This document shows positions 1-7,903 of a DNA stretch of 24,000 bases, piece by piece. The notes under the pieces are model-generated. The model did not search any database, was not told the DNA's origin, and worked only from the letters and a program-made list of their open reading frames with translations. The stretch lies in NCBI RefSeq assembly GCF_018141405.1, contig NZ_CP058648.1:2482502-2506501 (forward strand), read 5' to 3'. Origin of the DNA: Serpentinicella alkaliphila (GTDB lineage: Bacteria; Bacillota; Clostridia; Peptostreptococcales; Natronincolaceae). How positions within the stretch are numbered: the first letter of the stretch is position 1; every line of letters starts with the position of its first letter. The translations under genes were made by a program, and so were the position numbers.

Positions 1-141
1 TCATATATAACCATAAAGAAAGGTCACATTATGTCGAATAAAAGTATTTTTTATGCTTATATGTAAGATTATTTTTGCTTATATAAGTTAAACAAGGATA
101 TAATTAAATTAGATATTAGAAAAATTCAATAGGAGGTTCTT

Positions 142-684
142 ATGAAGAGTATATTATTGTTAATGGCAGATGGATTTGAGGAAATAGAAGGCATTACATG
201 TATTGATGTATTAAGGCGGGGTGGCATTAATGTTGTTACGGCATCACTAGACAATCTTGATGTATGTGGTTCGCATAATATAATTGTTAAGGCAGACAAA
301 CCAATTAATGATATAGATATATCACAGTTTGACGGTGTAGTTTTACCAGGTGGAATGCCTGGTTCTGCTAATCTAAGAGATAATGAGAAGGTTATTAAAA
401 TTGTTAAAGAAATGAATGAGATGGGAGGGCTGATTGCCGCAATTTGTGCTGCACCTATTGTTTTGGAAAGAGCAGGGGTAATAGAAGGAAAAAATGCAAC
501 AAGTTATCCTGGATTTAATAATGAAATGGGTTCATGTACATATTTAGAGGATAGGGTGGTATTAGATAATAACATTCTTACAGCTAGAGGACCAGGTGTA
601 GCAATGGAGTTTTCCTTTGCTATTGTTGAATATTTAATTAATATTAGTAAAGTAGACGAACTCAAAATTGGTATGATAGTATAA
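142..684 (+). CDS. DJ-1/PfpI family protein (ThiJ/YajL-like)
   Basis: 180-aa ORF with an AGGAGG RBS about 7 nt upstream. Family-typical motifs: ADGFEEIE near the N-terminus, VVLPGG, and the nucleophile-elbow AAICAAP with the conserved Cys. Confidence 0.85.
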   Translation: MKSILLLMADGFEEIEGITCIDVLRRGGINVVTASLDNLDVCGSHNIIVKADKPINDIDISQFDGVVLPGGMPGSANLRDNEKVIKIVKEMNEMGGLIAAICAAPIVLERAGVIEGKNATSYPGFNNEMGSCTYLEDRVVLDNNILTARGPGVAMEFSFAIVEYLINISKVDELKIGMIV

Positions 685-713
685 TAAAAAAATATAAAAA
701 AGGGATATGAAGA

Positions 714-735
714 AAAGGATGCTTTAGCATCCTTT
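714..735. terminator. Bidirectional hairpin between convergent genes
   Basis: Perfect 9-bp stem AAAGGATGC / GCATCCTTT with a TTTA loop. It has A/T runs on both sides and sits between the DJ-1 stop (684) and the DUF2207 stop (760). Confidence 0.75.
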
Positions 736-759
736 AACTATGTTTAAATATATATTTTA

Positions 760-2595
760 TTAGCGTCCACCACCACGGCCTCCACCGCCACCAAAACCAC
801 CACCGCTCGAAAATCCTCCTCCAGAACCAGTACCGGATGAGCTTTTACTTATGGCTGTATTAATTGAATTATTGAGGTTTGTAGTTAGAGTACTAAAGCT
901 ATTTGTTAGGGAGTTGAATGAGCCTACAGATGTGCCCCTATAGTAGTACCAGCCATATCCAAAGTGATGATTTCCCTCCTGAAGGTTAGGGAATAGGATT
1001 TGGAGTTGTTTAATAACTTCTTTAGCAACACCTAGAGTAATAGCATAAACCATGTAATGCTCCCAAATTACTAGGGAAGGTAGTTCGTGTTTATTCATTT
1101 CCGAGAAATGTAATAAAAACCTTTTAAAAGCCATCCATCGTACAAAATCTTCCTCGCCCTTTTGACTTCTACGGTTCAAGGTTATTGCTACCAGAACTAC
1201 AACAAAACTAGTTAAAATCAATGCTATACCACTAAAAATAGTTGATAGAACTATAACACTTCCTATACCTATGAAAAACATAAAAATACCAGTTATTACA
1301 CCGATTATAGTCCCTTTACTAGTTCCATCATCGAAGAAATTATATGTTTTCCCTGTATATCCTAATCCATCAACCCAACTCTGCCAAAAACCTAGAAATC
1401 TTTTTGGCTTATTTTTTGCGTAGTTTTCTATATCATTAAAGGTTACGTGATTATAATCTTTAGATATTTCTTCAAAGATAAAATCCAAAGCTTTTTTTTC
1501 ATGAGTTTGTAATGAATCTGATTTTTCAAGCCTGGTTATTTTAAAGTCTGATTCGCTTTTTTTAGAAAACAAAGATTTTTTTTCTAATGAATATTCATCT
1601 AGTCTAATATAACCTCTTAAAGCAAGATGGATAATTGTTGCTGTAAAGTCATCTGTATTAGGCTTACCCTTACGAAGAAGAACACCAAGTTCAGCAGGGG
1701 AGTAATCAGCAGGGAGTTCACGATAATATTCTCCATCAAAAGTAGTTAGATATGGTCTAGCATATTTGCGTCTAAGCCAAAAGCTTATAATGATTGTACC
1801 TAATAAAACAAACATAGCTAAAAAGATATCAACTCTTGATATAAACCTCTCTCTATTTGCTTGATTAGCCCAACGTTGTTCTTGCTCAAGGATTTCAGGG
1901 AGTGCATCTATACTAGTATATAATTTTGCATTATCAATTATTTCAGGTGTAAACGTTACTCTACCCTCTAAAAAAGCATTACTTGGAAGTTTATCTACTT
2001 GCCATAAAATCTCTCTATTATTTAAAATAGTTACCTCACCAGTTAATGGACCATGCCCCCAAGCTCTTAAGTCGTTACTGTTAGAATCTTCCGGCAGAGT
2101 TAAAAGCACTGTAACATTGTATTGAGGGTCATCCCATTCGCCAATAAACTTATAATATAGCTCACCTATGTCTTTATGTATTTTCGGTTGATTTTCTACT
2201 ATATATTCAACTACAAATGTTCTAGTTTCGTTTAGGGCATCAATACTCCAATCAATATGCACTAAATTTAATTGATCTCTTACGAGATATGTACCAGGTG
2301 GGCCATAGGTGGTAGTAGGATTAAATTCGTAAGGAATACCATTTTCTAAAACTCTGATATCTTTAATATTAACCCCTTTATCCTTATCTACCTCTTGAAA
2401 GAAACCGTTATATTGGCCATTGAAAGTAATTTGACGTTCTTCTTGAATGACCATAGTTCCATCTTTTAAGATTTCAACATTAATATAAACTTTATCAATA
2501 CTTAGAGAACGATTTGCATAAGCAATATTTGAAGAATAAATAAAAAGAAAAACGATTAATGAAAATAATCTAAATATTTTTTTACTGTTACTCAT
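760..2595 (-). CDS. DUF2207-type membrane protein with glycine-rich C-terminal tail
   Basis: 611-aa ORF. It has an N-terminal signal/anchor (FRLFSLIVFLFIYSSNIAYA), a large extracytoplasmic domain, a TM helix, a cytoplasmic linker, a further TM cluster and the tail SSGTGSGGGFSSGGGFGGGGGRGGGR. This matches the DUF2207 architecture as I recall it. The start lies 18 nt after the lemA stop, so the two are probably co-transcribed. Confidence 0.75.
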   Translation of the reverse strand: MSNSKKIFRLFSLIVFLFIYSSNIAYANRSLSIDKVYINVEILKDGTMVIQEERQITFNGQYNGFFQEVDKDKGVNIKDIRVLENGIPYEFNPTTTYGPPGTYLVRDQLNLVHIDWSIDALNETRTFVVEYIVENQPKIHKDIGELYYKFIGEWDDPQYNVTVLLTLPEDSNSNDLRAWGHGPLTGEVTILNNREILWQVDKLPSNAFLEGRVTFTPEIIDNAKLYTSIDALPEILEQEQRWANQANRERFISRVDIFLAMFVLLGTIIISFWLRRKYARPYLTTFDGEYYRELPADYSPAELGVLLRKGKPNTDDFTATIIHLALRGYIRLDEYSLEKKSLFSKKSESDFKITRLEKSDSLQTHEKKALDFIFEEISKDYNHVTFNDIENYAKNKPKRFLGFWQSWVDGLGYTGKTYNFFDDGTSKGTIIGVITGIFMFFIGIGSVIVLSTIFSGIALILTSFVVVLVAITLNRRSQKGEEDFVRWMAFKRFLLHFSEMNKHELPSLVIWEHYMVYAITLGVAKEVIKQLQILFPNLQEGNHHFGYGWYYYRGTSVGSFNSLTNSFSTLTTNLNNSINTAISKSSSGTGSGGGFSSGGGFGGGGGRGGGR

Positions 2596-2613
2596 AATGG
2601 TTTTCCTTTCTTA

Positions 2614-3165
2614 TTAAAACTCTACTTTTATGGATTTTCTTGCCTCTTTTTCATCTTCAAGATTAAAATATTCTAATTGATAAAAGTTGAACATGCCTGC
2701 TAGAATGCTATTTGGAAAAACTTTTACTTTCACATTGTATTTTTGAACTGTATCATTATAGAATTGACGTGAAAAAGCAATTTTGCTTTCGGTATTACTT
2801 AACTCTTGTTGTAATTCCTTAAAATTTGAGTCAGCCTTTAATTCAGGATAATTTTCAGCCACTGCAAAAAGAGTTTTAAGTGTGCCAGAAAGTTGATTTT
2901 CTGCAATAGATAAATCAGTTATAGATTGGGCACCCATAGCTGCGGTTCTTGCCTGTGTAATTTTTTCAAAAGTGCCCCTTTCATGGGTGGCATAGCCCTT
3001 TACTGTGTTAACAAGATTAGGGATTAAATCATATCGTCTTTTCAATTGAATTTCAACTTGAGACCAAGCATTATTTGTTCTCTCTTTGAGTACAACGAAA
3101 CCGTTATATGTACTAATCAACCAAACTGCAACAAGAACAAGTAGAATAATAGGTATAAAAATCAT
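2614..3165 (-). CDS. lemA: LemA family protein
   Basis: 183 aa with a single N-terminal TM (IFIPIILLVLVAVWLIS). This is followed by LemA-typical YNGFV...W..VEIQLKRRYDLIPNLVNTVKGYATHE...AENYPELKA...R..YN. An AGGAGG RBS lies upstream of the ATG. Confidence 0.85.
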   Translation of the reverse strand: MIFIPIILLVLVAVWLISTYNGFVVLKERTNNAWSQVEIQLKRRYDLIPNLVNTVKGYATHERGTFEKITQARTAAMGAQSITDLSIAENQLSGTLKTLFAVAENYPELKADSNFKELQQELSNTESKIAFSRQFYNDTVQKYNVKVKVFPNSILAGMFNFYQLEYFNLEDEKEARKSIKVEF

Positions 3166-3293
3166 AGTAAGTCCTCCTAAATAAATTTTTTCAAATAATT
3201 AATATGTAATTTTTGGGGTATATATACCCAATATCATTGTAGCATAATATTTGATAAATAAACAAAATTTTAAAAGACTGATGGAGGATATAT

Positions 3294-4382
3294 ATGAAAA
3301 TGAAAATTGGAGTATTAACAGGTGGTGGGGATTGTCCAGGACTAAACGCGGTAATTAGAGCAATTACAAAATCATCTGTAAACCATGGACATGAAGTAAT
3401 AGGTTTTAAAGATGGTTTTAAGGGATTGATTGAAAATAGATACATAAATCTAGATTATGATAGCGTATCAGGAATTTTGTCTAGAGGAGGTACAATTCTT
3501 GGAACAACAAACAGGGACAACCCATTTAACTTTAAGCAAAAAATAAATGGGGAAGAGAAATATTCGGATATGTCTAAGGTTATAATTGAAAACTGTGATT
3601 TTCATAAATTAGAATACTTAGTTGTTATTGGTGGAGATGGTTCTATGAGATTAGCATCTGAGCTATCTGCTAGAACCGGCATTAAAATTATTGGGGTACC
3701 AAAGACTATAGACAATGATATTGTTGGGACAGATATGACTTTTGGGTTTTCTAGTGCAGTTGATATTGCAACAGATGCTTTGGATAGGCTTCACAGTACA
3801 GCGGAATCTCATCATAGGGTAATGCTTCTAGAGGTAATGGGAAGAGATGCTGGTTGGATAGCTCTTCATGCAGGTATAGCTGGTGGTGCTGATATAATAA
3901 TTATACCAGAAATTGAATATAGTCTAGAATCAATTGATAAAAAGATAAAAGACAGGATAAGTAGAGGAAAGACTTTCAGTTTAATAATTGTATCAGAAGG
4001 TGCAAAAACATTATCCGGTGAACAGATGATAAAAAGGGGCATAGGTGTAGACGTATTTAATATACCACGTCTAGGTGGCATTAGTAATTGGTTGGCTAGT
4101 GCTATAGAGGCTTATTCTGGTGTAGAAACTAGAGCAACTATTTTAGGTCATTTACAAAGGGGTGGATCACCAAATAGCTTTGATAGGGTTTTTGCTACCC
4201 AACTAGGAGCGAAAGCAGCTGAATTAATATTTGACCGTAAGGAAAATGAAATGGTTGTTATAAAAGATAATAAAATTGGTAGTATTTCTCTAAAAGATGT
4301 AAAAGGAACAAAGTTTGTAAGTTTAGATGATCCTTTAATTAAGACAAGTAGAGATATTGGGCTATCCTTTGGAGATGATTAG
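3294..4382 (+). CDS. pfkA: 6-phosphofructokinase (PfkA family; phosphoryl donor ambiguous)
   Basis: 362 aa. Motifs: KIGVLTGGGDCPGLNAVIRA, GGDGS (3630-3644), PKTIDNDI (3699-3719), MGRDAGWIA, LGHLQRGG. GGAGG lies 6 nt upstream of ATG 3294. Confidence 0.92.
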   Translation: MKMKIGVLTGGGDCPGLNAVIRAITKSSVNHGHEVIGFKDGFKGLIENRYINLDYDSVSGILSRGGTILGTTNRDNPFNFKQKINGEEKYSDMSKVIIENCDFHKLEYLVVIGGDGSMRLASELSARTGIKIIGVPKTIDNDIVGTDMTFGFSSAVDIATDALDRLHSTAESHHRVMLLEVMGRDAGWIALHAGIAGGADIIIIPEIEYSLESIDKKIKDRISRGKTFSLIIVSEGAKTLSGEQMIKRGIGVDVFNIPRLGGISNWLASAIEAYSGVETRATILGHLQRGGSPNSFDRVFATQLGAKAAELIFDRKENEMVVIKDNKIGSISLKDVKGTKFVSLDDPLIKTSRDIGLSFGDD

Positions 4383-4501
4383 AAAAGAAGTCTACTATAA
4401 ACTACTTATGTTAACTTAGACTTGAGAGTTGTAAAGTACAGTAGTTTAAACTAATAATTATTTTTAGTTTTCTGAACTCAAAATAACTAACATAAGGATA
4501 A

Positions 4502-4550
4502 AAAAGGCTATATTGATAGTTATAACTACAAGTATAGCCTTTTGTATTTT
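4502..4550 (+). terminator. Rho-independent terminator of pfk
   Basis: Stem AAAAGGCTATA (4502-4512) / TATAGCCTTTT (4533-4543). An inner palindrome TAGTTATAACTA extends the stem, and GTATTTT follows. Confidence 0.7.
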
Positions 4551-4730
4551 AAGGCTTGCGTATTTATACAATGAAGTGTACAGTTTTCTGCTTTCAGAGC
4601 AAGTATAATCAATAATGTAAGTTATTTAGAAAATTTAAAAAATATAGTTAGTAATTATAAATATTGGGTATTCATATAATAATCATTTTTATCGTGAAGC
4701 TACATAGCATAATTATAGGAGGTCATAATA

Positions 4731-5408
4731 ATGCAAAAATTCAATTCATCTCAGACTATTGGAGAGATTGTAGCTATAATACCCGAGGCAGATAAATTAT
4801 TTATGGAGTACGAAATAGATTCTTATATATATGAGTATATTACTTTAGGAGATGTAATTGAGCAGAAAAAACTTGATAAATGTGAAGTACTAGAAAAACT
4901 AAATAATATATACAACAAAGATTCTAAAAAATGCGATGCATTTAAATTCATGGAAATGTCACCATGCCAGATTGCAGATAATATTATAAATAATCATAAT
5001 AATTCTATATGTTGTAAGCTCCATGAAGTTTGTAATTTGTTAAGTCATGCGTTGGAAACTAGTGGACCAGAACCAAATAATTTAATGAGTATTAATGATA
5101 AAATAATTAAATTACAAAATGCCCTGCAGCAGGCTATGGAGAAAGAACAAAAGCTGATAGGGACAAATATCAATAAATTCGATTGTATGCCCTGTTTTGA
5201 ACATAGTTGTATGAGTGAGTTACTGAATGAAATTGAAATTGAAAATAACGTGGTAGATTATACGCTAAAGGATATCAAAGAGATTTCTAGGAATTGTAGA
5301 ATACCTAAGAGTGAGTTCGCATCCTATTGGCAAATTGTTAAAATATTAGAGGAATTAAAAGATAGTATGGTCAAAAAAAGTAACAATATGAGTGATCTTT
5401 TTATTTAG
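4731..5408 (+). CDS. RIC/ScdA(YtfE)-like protein with degenerate di-iron site, Cys-rich
   Basis: 225-aa ORF with an AGGAGG RBS. The N-terminus QTIGEIVAIIPEADKLFMEYEID...LDKCEVLEKLN aligns by eye to the ScdA_N/DUF542 region of YtfE/ScdA ([27 protein letters not shown]...). The C-terminal part is colinear with the hemerythrin-like domain. Most His/Glu iron ligands and the CCGG motif are replaced. The comparison is from memory of YtfE/ScdA sequences. Confidence 0.5.
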   Translation: MQKFNSSQTIGEIVAIIPEADKLFMEYEIDSYIYEYITLGDVIEQKKLDKCEVLEKLNNIYNKDSKKCDAFKFMEMSPCQIADNIINNHNNSICCKLHEVCNLLSHALETSGPEPNNLMSINDKIIKLQNALQQAMEKEQKLIGTNINKFDCMPCFEHSCMSELLNEIEIENNVVDYTLKDIKEISRNCRIPKSEFASYWQIVKILEELKDSMVKKSNNMSDLFI

Positions 5409-5591
5409 AGTGTTTAATTTTGAAAACTGCAAGTAGCCTCCTTTATTGGAAAGGGCCTGGAGTAATGAAGTGAATTTCTCTTGGCTCTTTAATTCTTTAC
5501 TTGTAATGTATAATATAATTAATTTCAGTTTATTTGGATATATATTTGTTAAATATAATAACGTATATTAAATAGAACTGATTAGAAGATA

Positions 5592-5620
5592 TTGACTGGA
5601 ATAAAATAATAGTCTATGGT
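5592..5620 (+). promoter_or_regulatory. Sigma-A type promoter upstream of arsD
   Basis: TTGACT (5592-5597), 17-nt spacer, TATGGT (5615-5620), about 70 nt upstream of the arsD ATG. Confidence 0.55.
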
Positions 5621-5625
5621 TATAG

Positions 5626-5645
5626 ATATAGATAATCATCTATAT
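5626..5645. promoter_or_regulatory. Perfect 8-4-8 inverted repeat, candidate repressor operator
   Basis: ATATAGAT-AATC-ATCTATAT starts 6 nt after the putative -10, so it overlaps the expected transcription start of arsD. Confidence 0.5.
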
Positions 5646-5688
5646 AACATATAAAAAGTTTAATTAAGATTAAAAAGGAGAGGTTTAT

Positions 5689-6054
5689 ATGAAGAAAATG
5701 ATTATTTTTGAACCTGCAATGTGTTGTTCTACTGGGGTTTGTGGCCCATCTGTAGATGAAGAACTGTTAAGAGTTACGACAGTTATAAATAATTTAAAAA
5801 GTAATGGAATTATTGTTGAAAGATATAACTTAACTAGCAGCCCTCAAATGTTTATCGATAATAAATTAATTAATGAAATAATTAATAAAGAGGGTGTTGA
5901 TGCTCTCCCAGTGACTGTAGTAGATGGTGAGGTTGTTAAAACAAAAGAGTATCCAACTGATCTAGAGTTTTGTGATTTTCTACATGTGACTGAGCATAAT
6001 CTTATGCCAGCTAAAAAATCCTGTGAAGCATGCAGTTTAAAATGTGGGCATTAG
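5689..6054 (+). CDS. arsD: ArsD arsenical metallochaperone / trans-acting repressor family
   Basis: 121 aa. The N-terminus MIIFEPAMCCSTGVCGPSVDEEL...VERYNL...P..F..N...LPVTVVDGEVV is near-colinear with plasmid R773 ArsD (MVFDPAMCCSTGVCGTDVDQAL...IERFNL). Cys12, Cys13 and Cys18 are present. AAGGAGAGG RBS. Confidence 0.9.
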   Translation: MKKMIIFEPAMCCSTGVCGPSVDEELLRVTTVINNLKSNGIIVERYNLTSSPQMFIDNKLINEIINKEGVDALPVTVVDGEVVKTKEYPTDLEFCDFLHVTEHNLMPAKKSCEACSLKCGH

Positions 6055-6108
6055 GGTCTAGTAATAGATAAATGCCTTAAATTAATGAAGAATATTATTA
6101 GTTAAAAT

Positions 6109-6149
6109 GGTAGGGTTAGAATGGTACTAGCCCTACCTAATATTTTTTT
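6109..6149 (+). terminator. Rho-independent terminator of arsD
   Basis: 11-bp stem GGTAGGGTTAG / CTAGCCCTACC (one G-U pair), 7-nt loop, then TAATATTTTTTT. Confidence 0.8.
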
Positions 6150-6270
6150 GTATTTAGATAGGCATTAAAATGATTTAAATATAAGTATACTATGCCTAAG
6201 TAAGAATCAAAGCTAAGTTGAGATTCAAAAAATATTTTACTATTTTTTGGTTATATTTTTATAAATATAG

Positions 6271-6300
6271 TTGCAAAATACAATTATTGCATAATATAAT
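6271..6300 (+). promoter_or_regulatory. Promoter of marR-hgcAB
   Basis: TTGCAA (6271-6276), 18-nt spacer, TATAAT (6295-6300), directly upstream of the GGAGGTG RBS (6308-6314). Confidence 0.55.
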
Positions 6301-6307
6301 TATTGTA
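6279..6307. promoter_or_regulatory. 29-bp imperfect palindrome, candidate MarR autoregulatory operator
   Basis: TACAATTATTGCATAATATAATTATTGTA. 11 of 14 symmetric positions pair and the outer 6 bp are perfect (TACAAT/ATTGTA). It overlaps the -10 box. Confidence 0.45.
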
Positions 6308-6318
6308 GGAGGTGATTA

Positions 6319-6768
6319 ATGTTGAAAGATATAAAAGCTTATGAAAAACTTAGGGAAATAATAAGAATCTTTGAAAGAAATCTTGGAGCATTAAAGGCAA
6401 ATGAAATTACTTGCTGTGGAATTACGATGGCTCAGTGTCATGCGTTAGTAGAGATTGGTAGAGCAGAGAATATTTCATTAAATGAATTAGCCAATATATT
6501 AGATTTAGATAATAGTACTATGAGTAGAACAGTAAATGGCCTAGTAGATAATGGGTATGCTAAAAGAGATATAAACCCTAAGGATAGAAGGTATGTCACT
6601 ATTTCTTTAGAGGAAAAGGGCTATGGACTTTTTGAGGGGATTGAGAGTGAGATGAATGAATATTTTAAGAAGGTGTATGAAACTATACCAGAAAAGAAAA
6701 GGGATCAGGTCATTGAGAGTTTAGAAATTCTGTTGAAATCAATTAAAATAAATGATTGTTGTAAATAA
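6319..6768 (+). CDS. MarR family transcriptional regulator with extra cysteine clusters
   Basis: 149 aa. Winged-HTH layout: GITMAQCHALVEIGRAENISLNELANILDLDNSTMSRTVNGLVDNGYAKRDINPKDRRYVTISLEEKG. Cys32-Cys33 (6412-6417), Cys40 (6436-6438), and C-terminal Cys147-Cys148 (6757-6762). Confidence 0.85.
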   Translation: MLKDIKAYEKLREIIRIFERNLGALKANEITCCGITMAQCHALVEIGRAENISLNELANILDLDNSTMSRTVNGLVDNGYAKRDINPKDRRYVTISLEEKGYGLFEGIESEMNEYFKKVYETIPEKKRDQVIESLEILLKSIKINDCCK

Positions 6769-6795
6769 TAGGTTATTTTGAAAAGGGGGGTATAA

Positions 6796-7896
6796 ATGTG
6801 GGAATTAGAAAGAAATAAAGATAAGTGCTGTTCTAATGAAAAAGAAATAGACAGTAGTTTAAGTTTTCAAAATCCAAATAGACACTGGATTGTCGGCGAA
6901 ATTTATACACCAATTTGTAAAGTGTTGCAGGTTTCAACTAAGCTGACTATTTTTGACACAATTTACTCTTGGAAGGTTCGCTGGGGAATAAATAGGATGA
7001 ATTACAAAGTTGATCCAGGTATATATTGTATTGGAAATCCAGATGACAAATCCCCAGTACTCGTTACTGCAAACTATAAGATGAGTTTTGATATGTTGAG
7101 AAAAGAATTAAGTGATAAAGATGCTTGGATATTAGTTTTGGACACAAAAGGAGTTAATGTATGGTGTGCTGCTGGTAAAGGAACTTTCGGAACCGATGAG
7201 CTTGTAAGTAAGATCAAAAGTACTAGGTTGTTAGAACTTGTTTCTCACAGAACTATAATTTTACCTCAACTAGGTGCACCTGGTATCTCCGCCCATGAAG
7301 TGTACAAAAGGACTGGTTTTAAGGTAATATACGGACCTGTCAGGGCTTCAGATATAAAAGAATTTTTAAAGAATAATCTGGTTGCAACGCCACAAATGAG
7401 GAAGGTTAATTTTAATATTTTTGATAGATTAATTTTAACTCCAATTGAGATAGTAAATTTAATAAAACCATCTATCTATATAATAAGTACGGCATTTTCT
7501 TTGAATTTACTCACTAATACTTTTTTTAGCATTGAACTTTTTTCTGTAATTGATTTGTGTGGATATATTGGGGCATTAACAATAGGATGTATAATAGTGC
7601 CACTTCTTTTACCCTGGATACCAGGGAAATCCTTTGCCTTTAAGGGTTGGTTATTAGGACTATCATGGGTATTGCTTTTATTAGCTGTAAACAATTCAAT
7701 GATGGGTATACTAAGACAACTTAGCTATATGTTAATTTTCCCGTCCTTATCTGCATTTGTAGCCGTTAACTTTACAGGCTCATCAACCTACACATCCTTC
7801 TCTGGAGTAATGAAAGAAATGAAAATAGCTATACCATCAATTGCAATTAGTATGGTAGTAGGTATTTTCCTATTAATTTTAGGTAGTATAGTATAA
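6796..7896 (+). CDS. hgcA: HgcA, mercury methylation corrinoid protein
   Basis: 366 aa. The soluble N-terminal domain carries GVNVWCAAGKGTF (7150-7188; Cys124 at 7165-7167), matching the diagnostic N(V/I)WCA(A/G)GK cap-helix motif. The C-terminal part has about five hydrophobic TM helices. GGGGGG RBS. The start is 28 nt after marR and hgcB follows 7 nt downstream. Confidence 0.88.
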   Translation: MWELERNKDKCCSNEKEIDSSLSFQNPNRHWIVGEIYTPICKVLQVSTKLTIFDTIYSWKVRWGINRMNYKVDPGIYCIGNPDDKSPVLVTANYKMSFDMLRKELSDKDAWILVLDTKGVNVWCAAGKGTFGTDELVSKIKSTRLLELVSHRTIILPQLGAPGISAHEVYKRTGFKVIYGPVRASDIKEFLKNNLVATPQMRKVNFNIFDRLILTPIEIVNLIKPSIYIISTAFSLNLLTNTFFSIELFSVIDLCGYIGALTIGCIIVPLLLPWIPGKSFAFKGWLLGLSWVLLLLAVNNSMMGILRQLSYMLIFPSLSAFVAVNFTGSSTYTSFSGVMKEMKIAIPSIAISMVVGIFLLILGSIV

Positions 7897-7903
7897 AATA
7901 AGG

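Noticed and set aside
3191-3445. 84-aa minus-strand ORF overlapping the pfk start. The same applies to the antisense ORFs 3866-4081, 7476-7694, 11474-11752, 12407-12589, 17365-17613 and 19649-19861.
   Set aside because: All lie antisense within well-supported genes. They have no RBS, show low-complexity or hydrophobic mirror-image composition, and have no recognisable motifs. They are typical spurious ORFs of AT-rich DNA.
4399-4447. 8-bp perfect stem AAACTACT/AGTAGTTT right after the pfk stop, as a terminator or structured RNA.
   Set aside because: The 33-nt loop makes a stable hairpin unlikely. A much better terminator lies at 4502-4550. I recognised no riboswitch-like conserved core.
4571-4615. 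14-codon mini-ORF MKCTVFCFQSKYNQ in the pfk/RIC-like intergenic region, as a possible Cys-containing leader peptide.
   Set aside because: It has no RBS at a workable distance and no supporting structure. It cannot be distinguished from a chance ORF.
6271-6290. TGCAA...TTGCA inverted pair (TGCAAAATACAATTATTGCA) as the MarR operator.
   Set aside because: The arms are only 5 bp and it overlaps the -35 box by chance. The 29-bp palindrome at 6279-6307 is a better-supported candidate.
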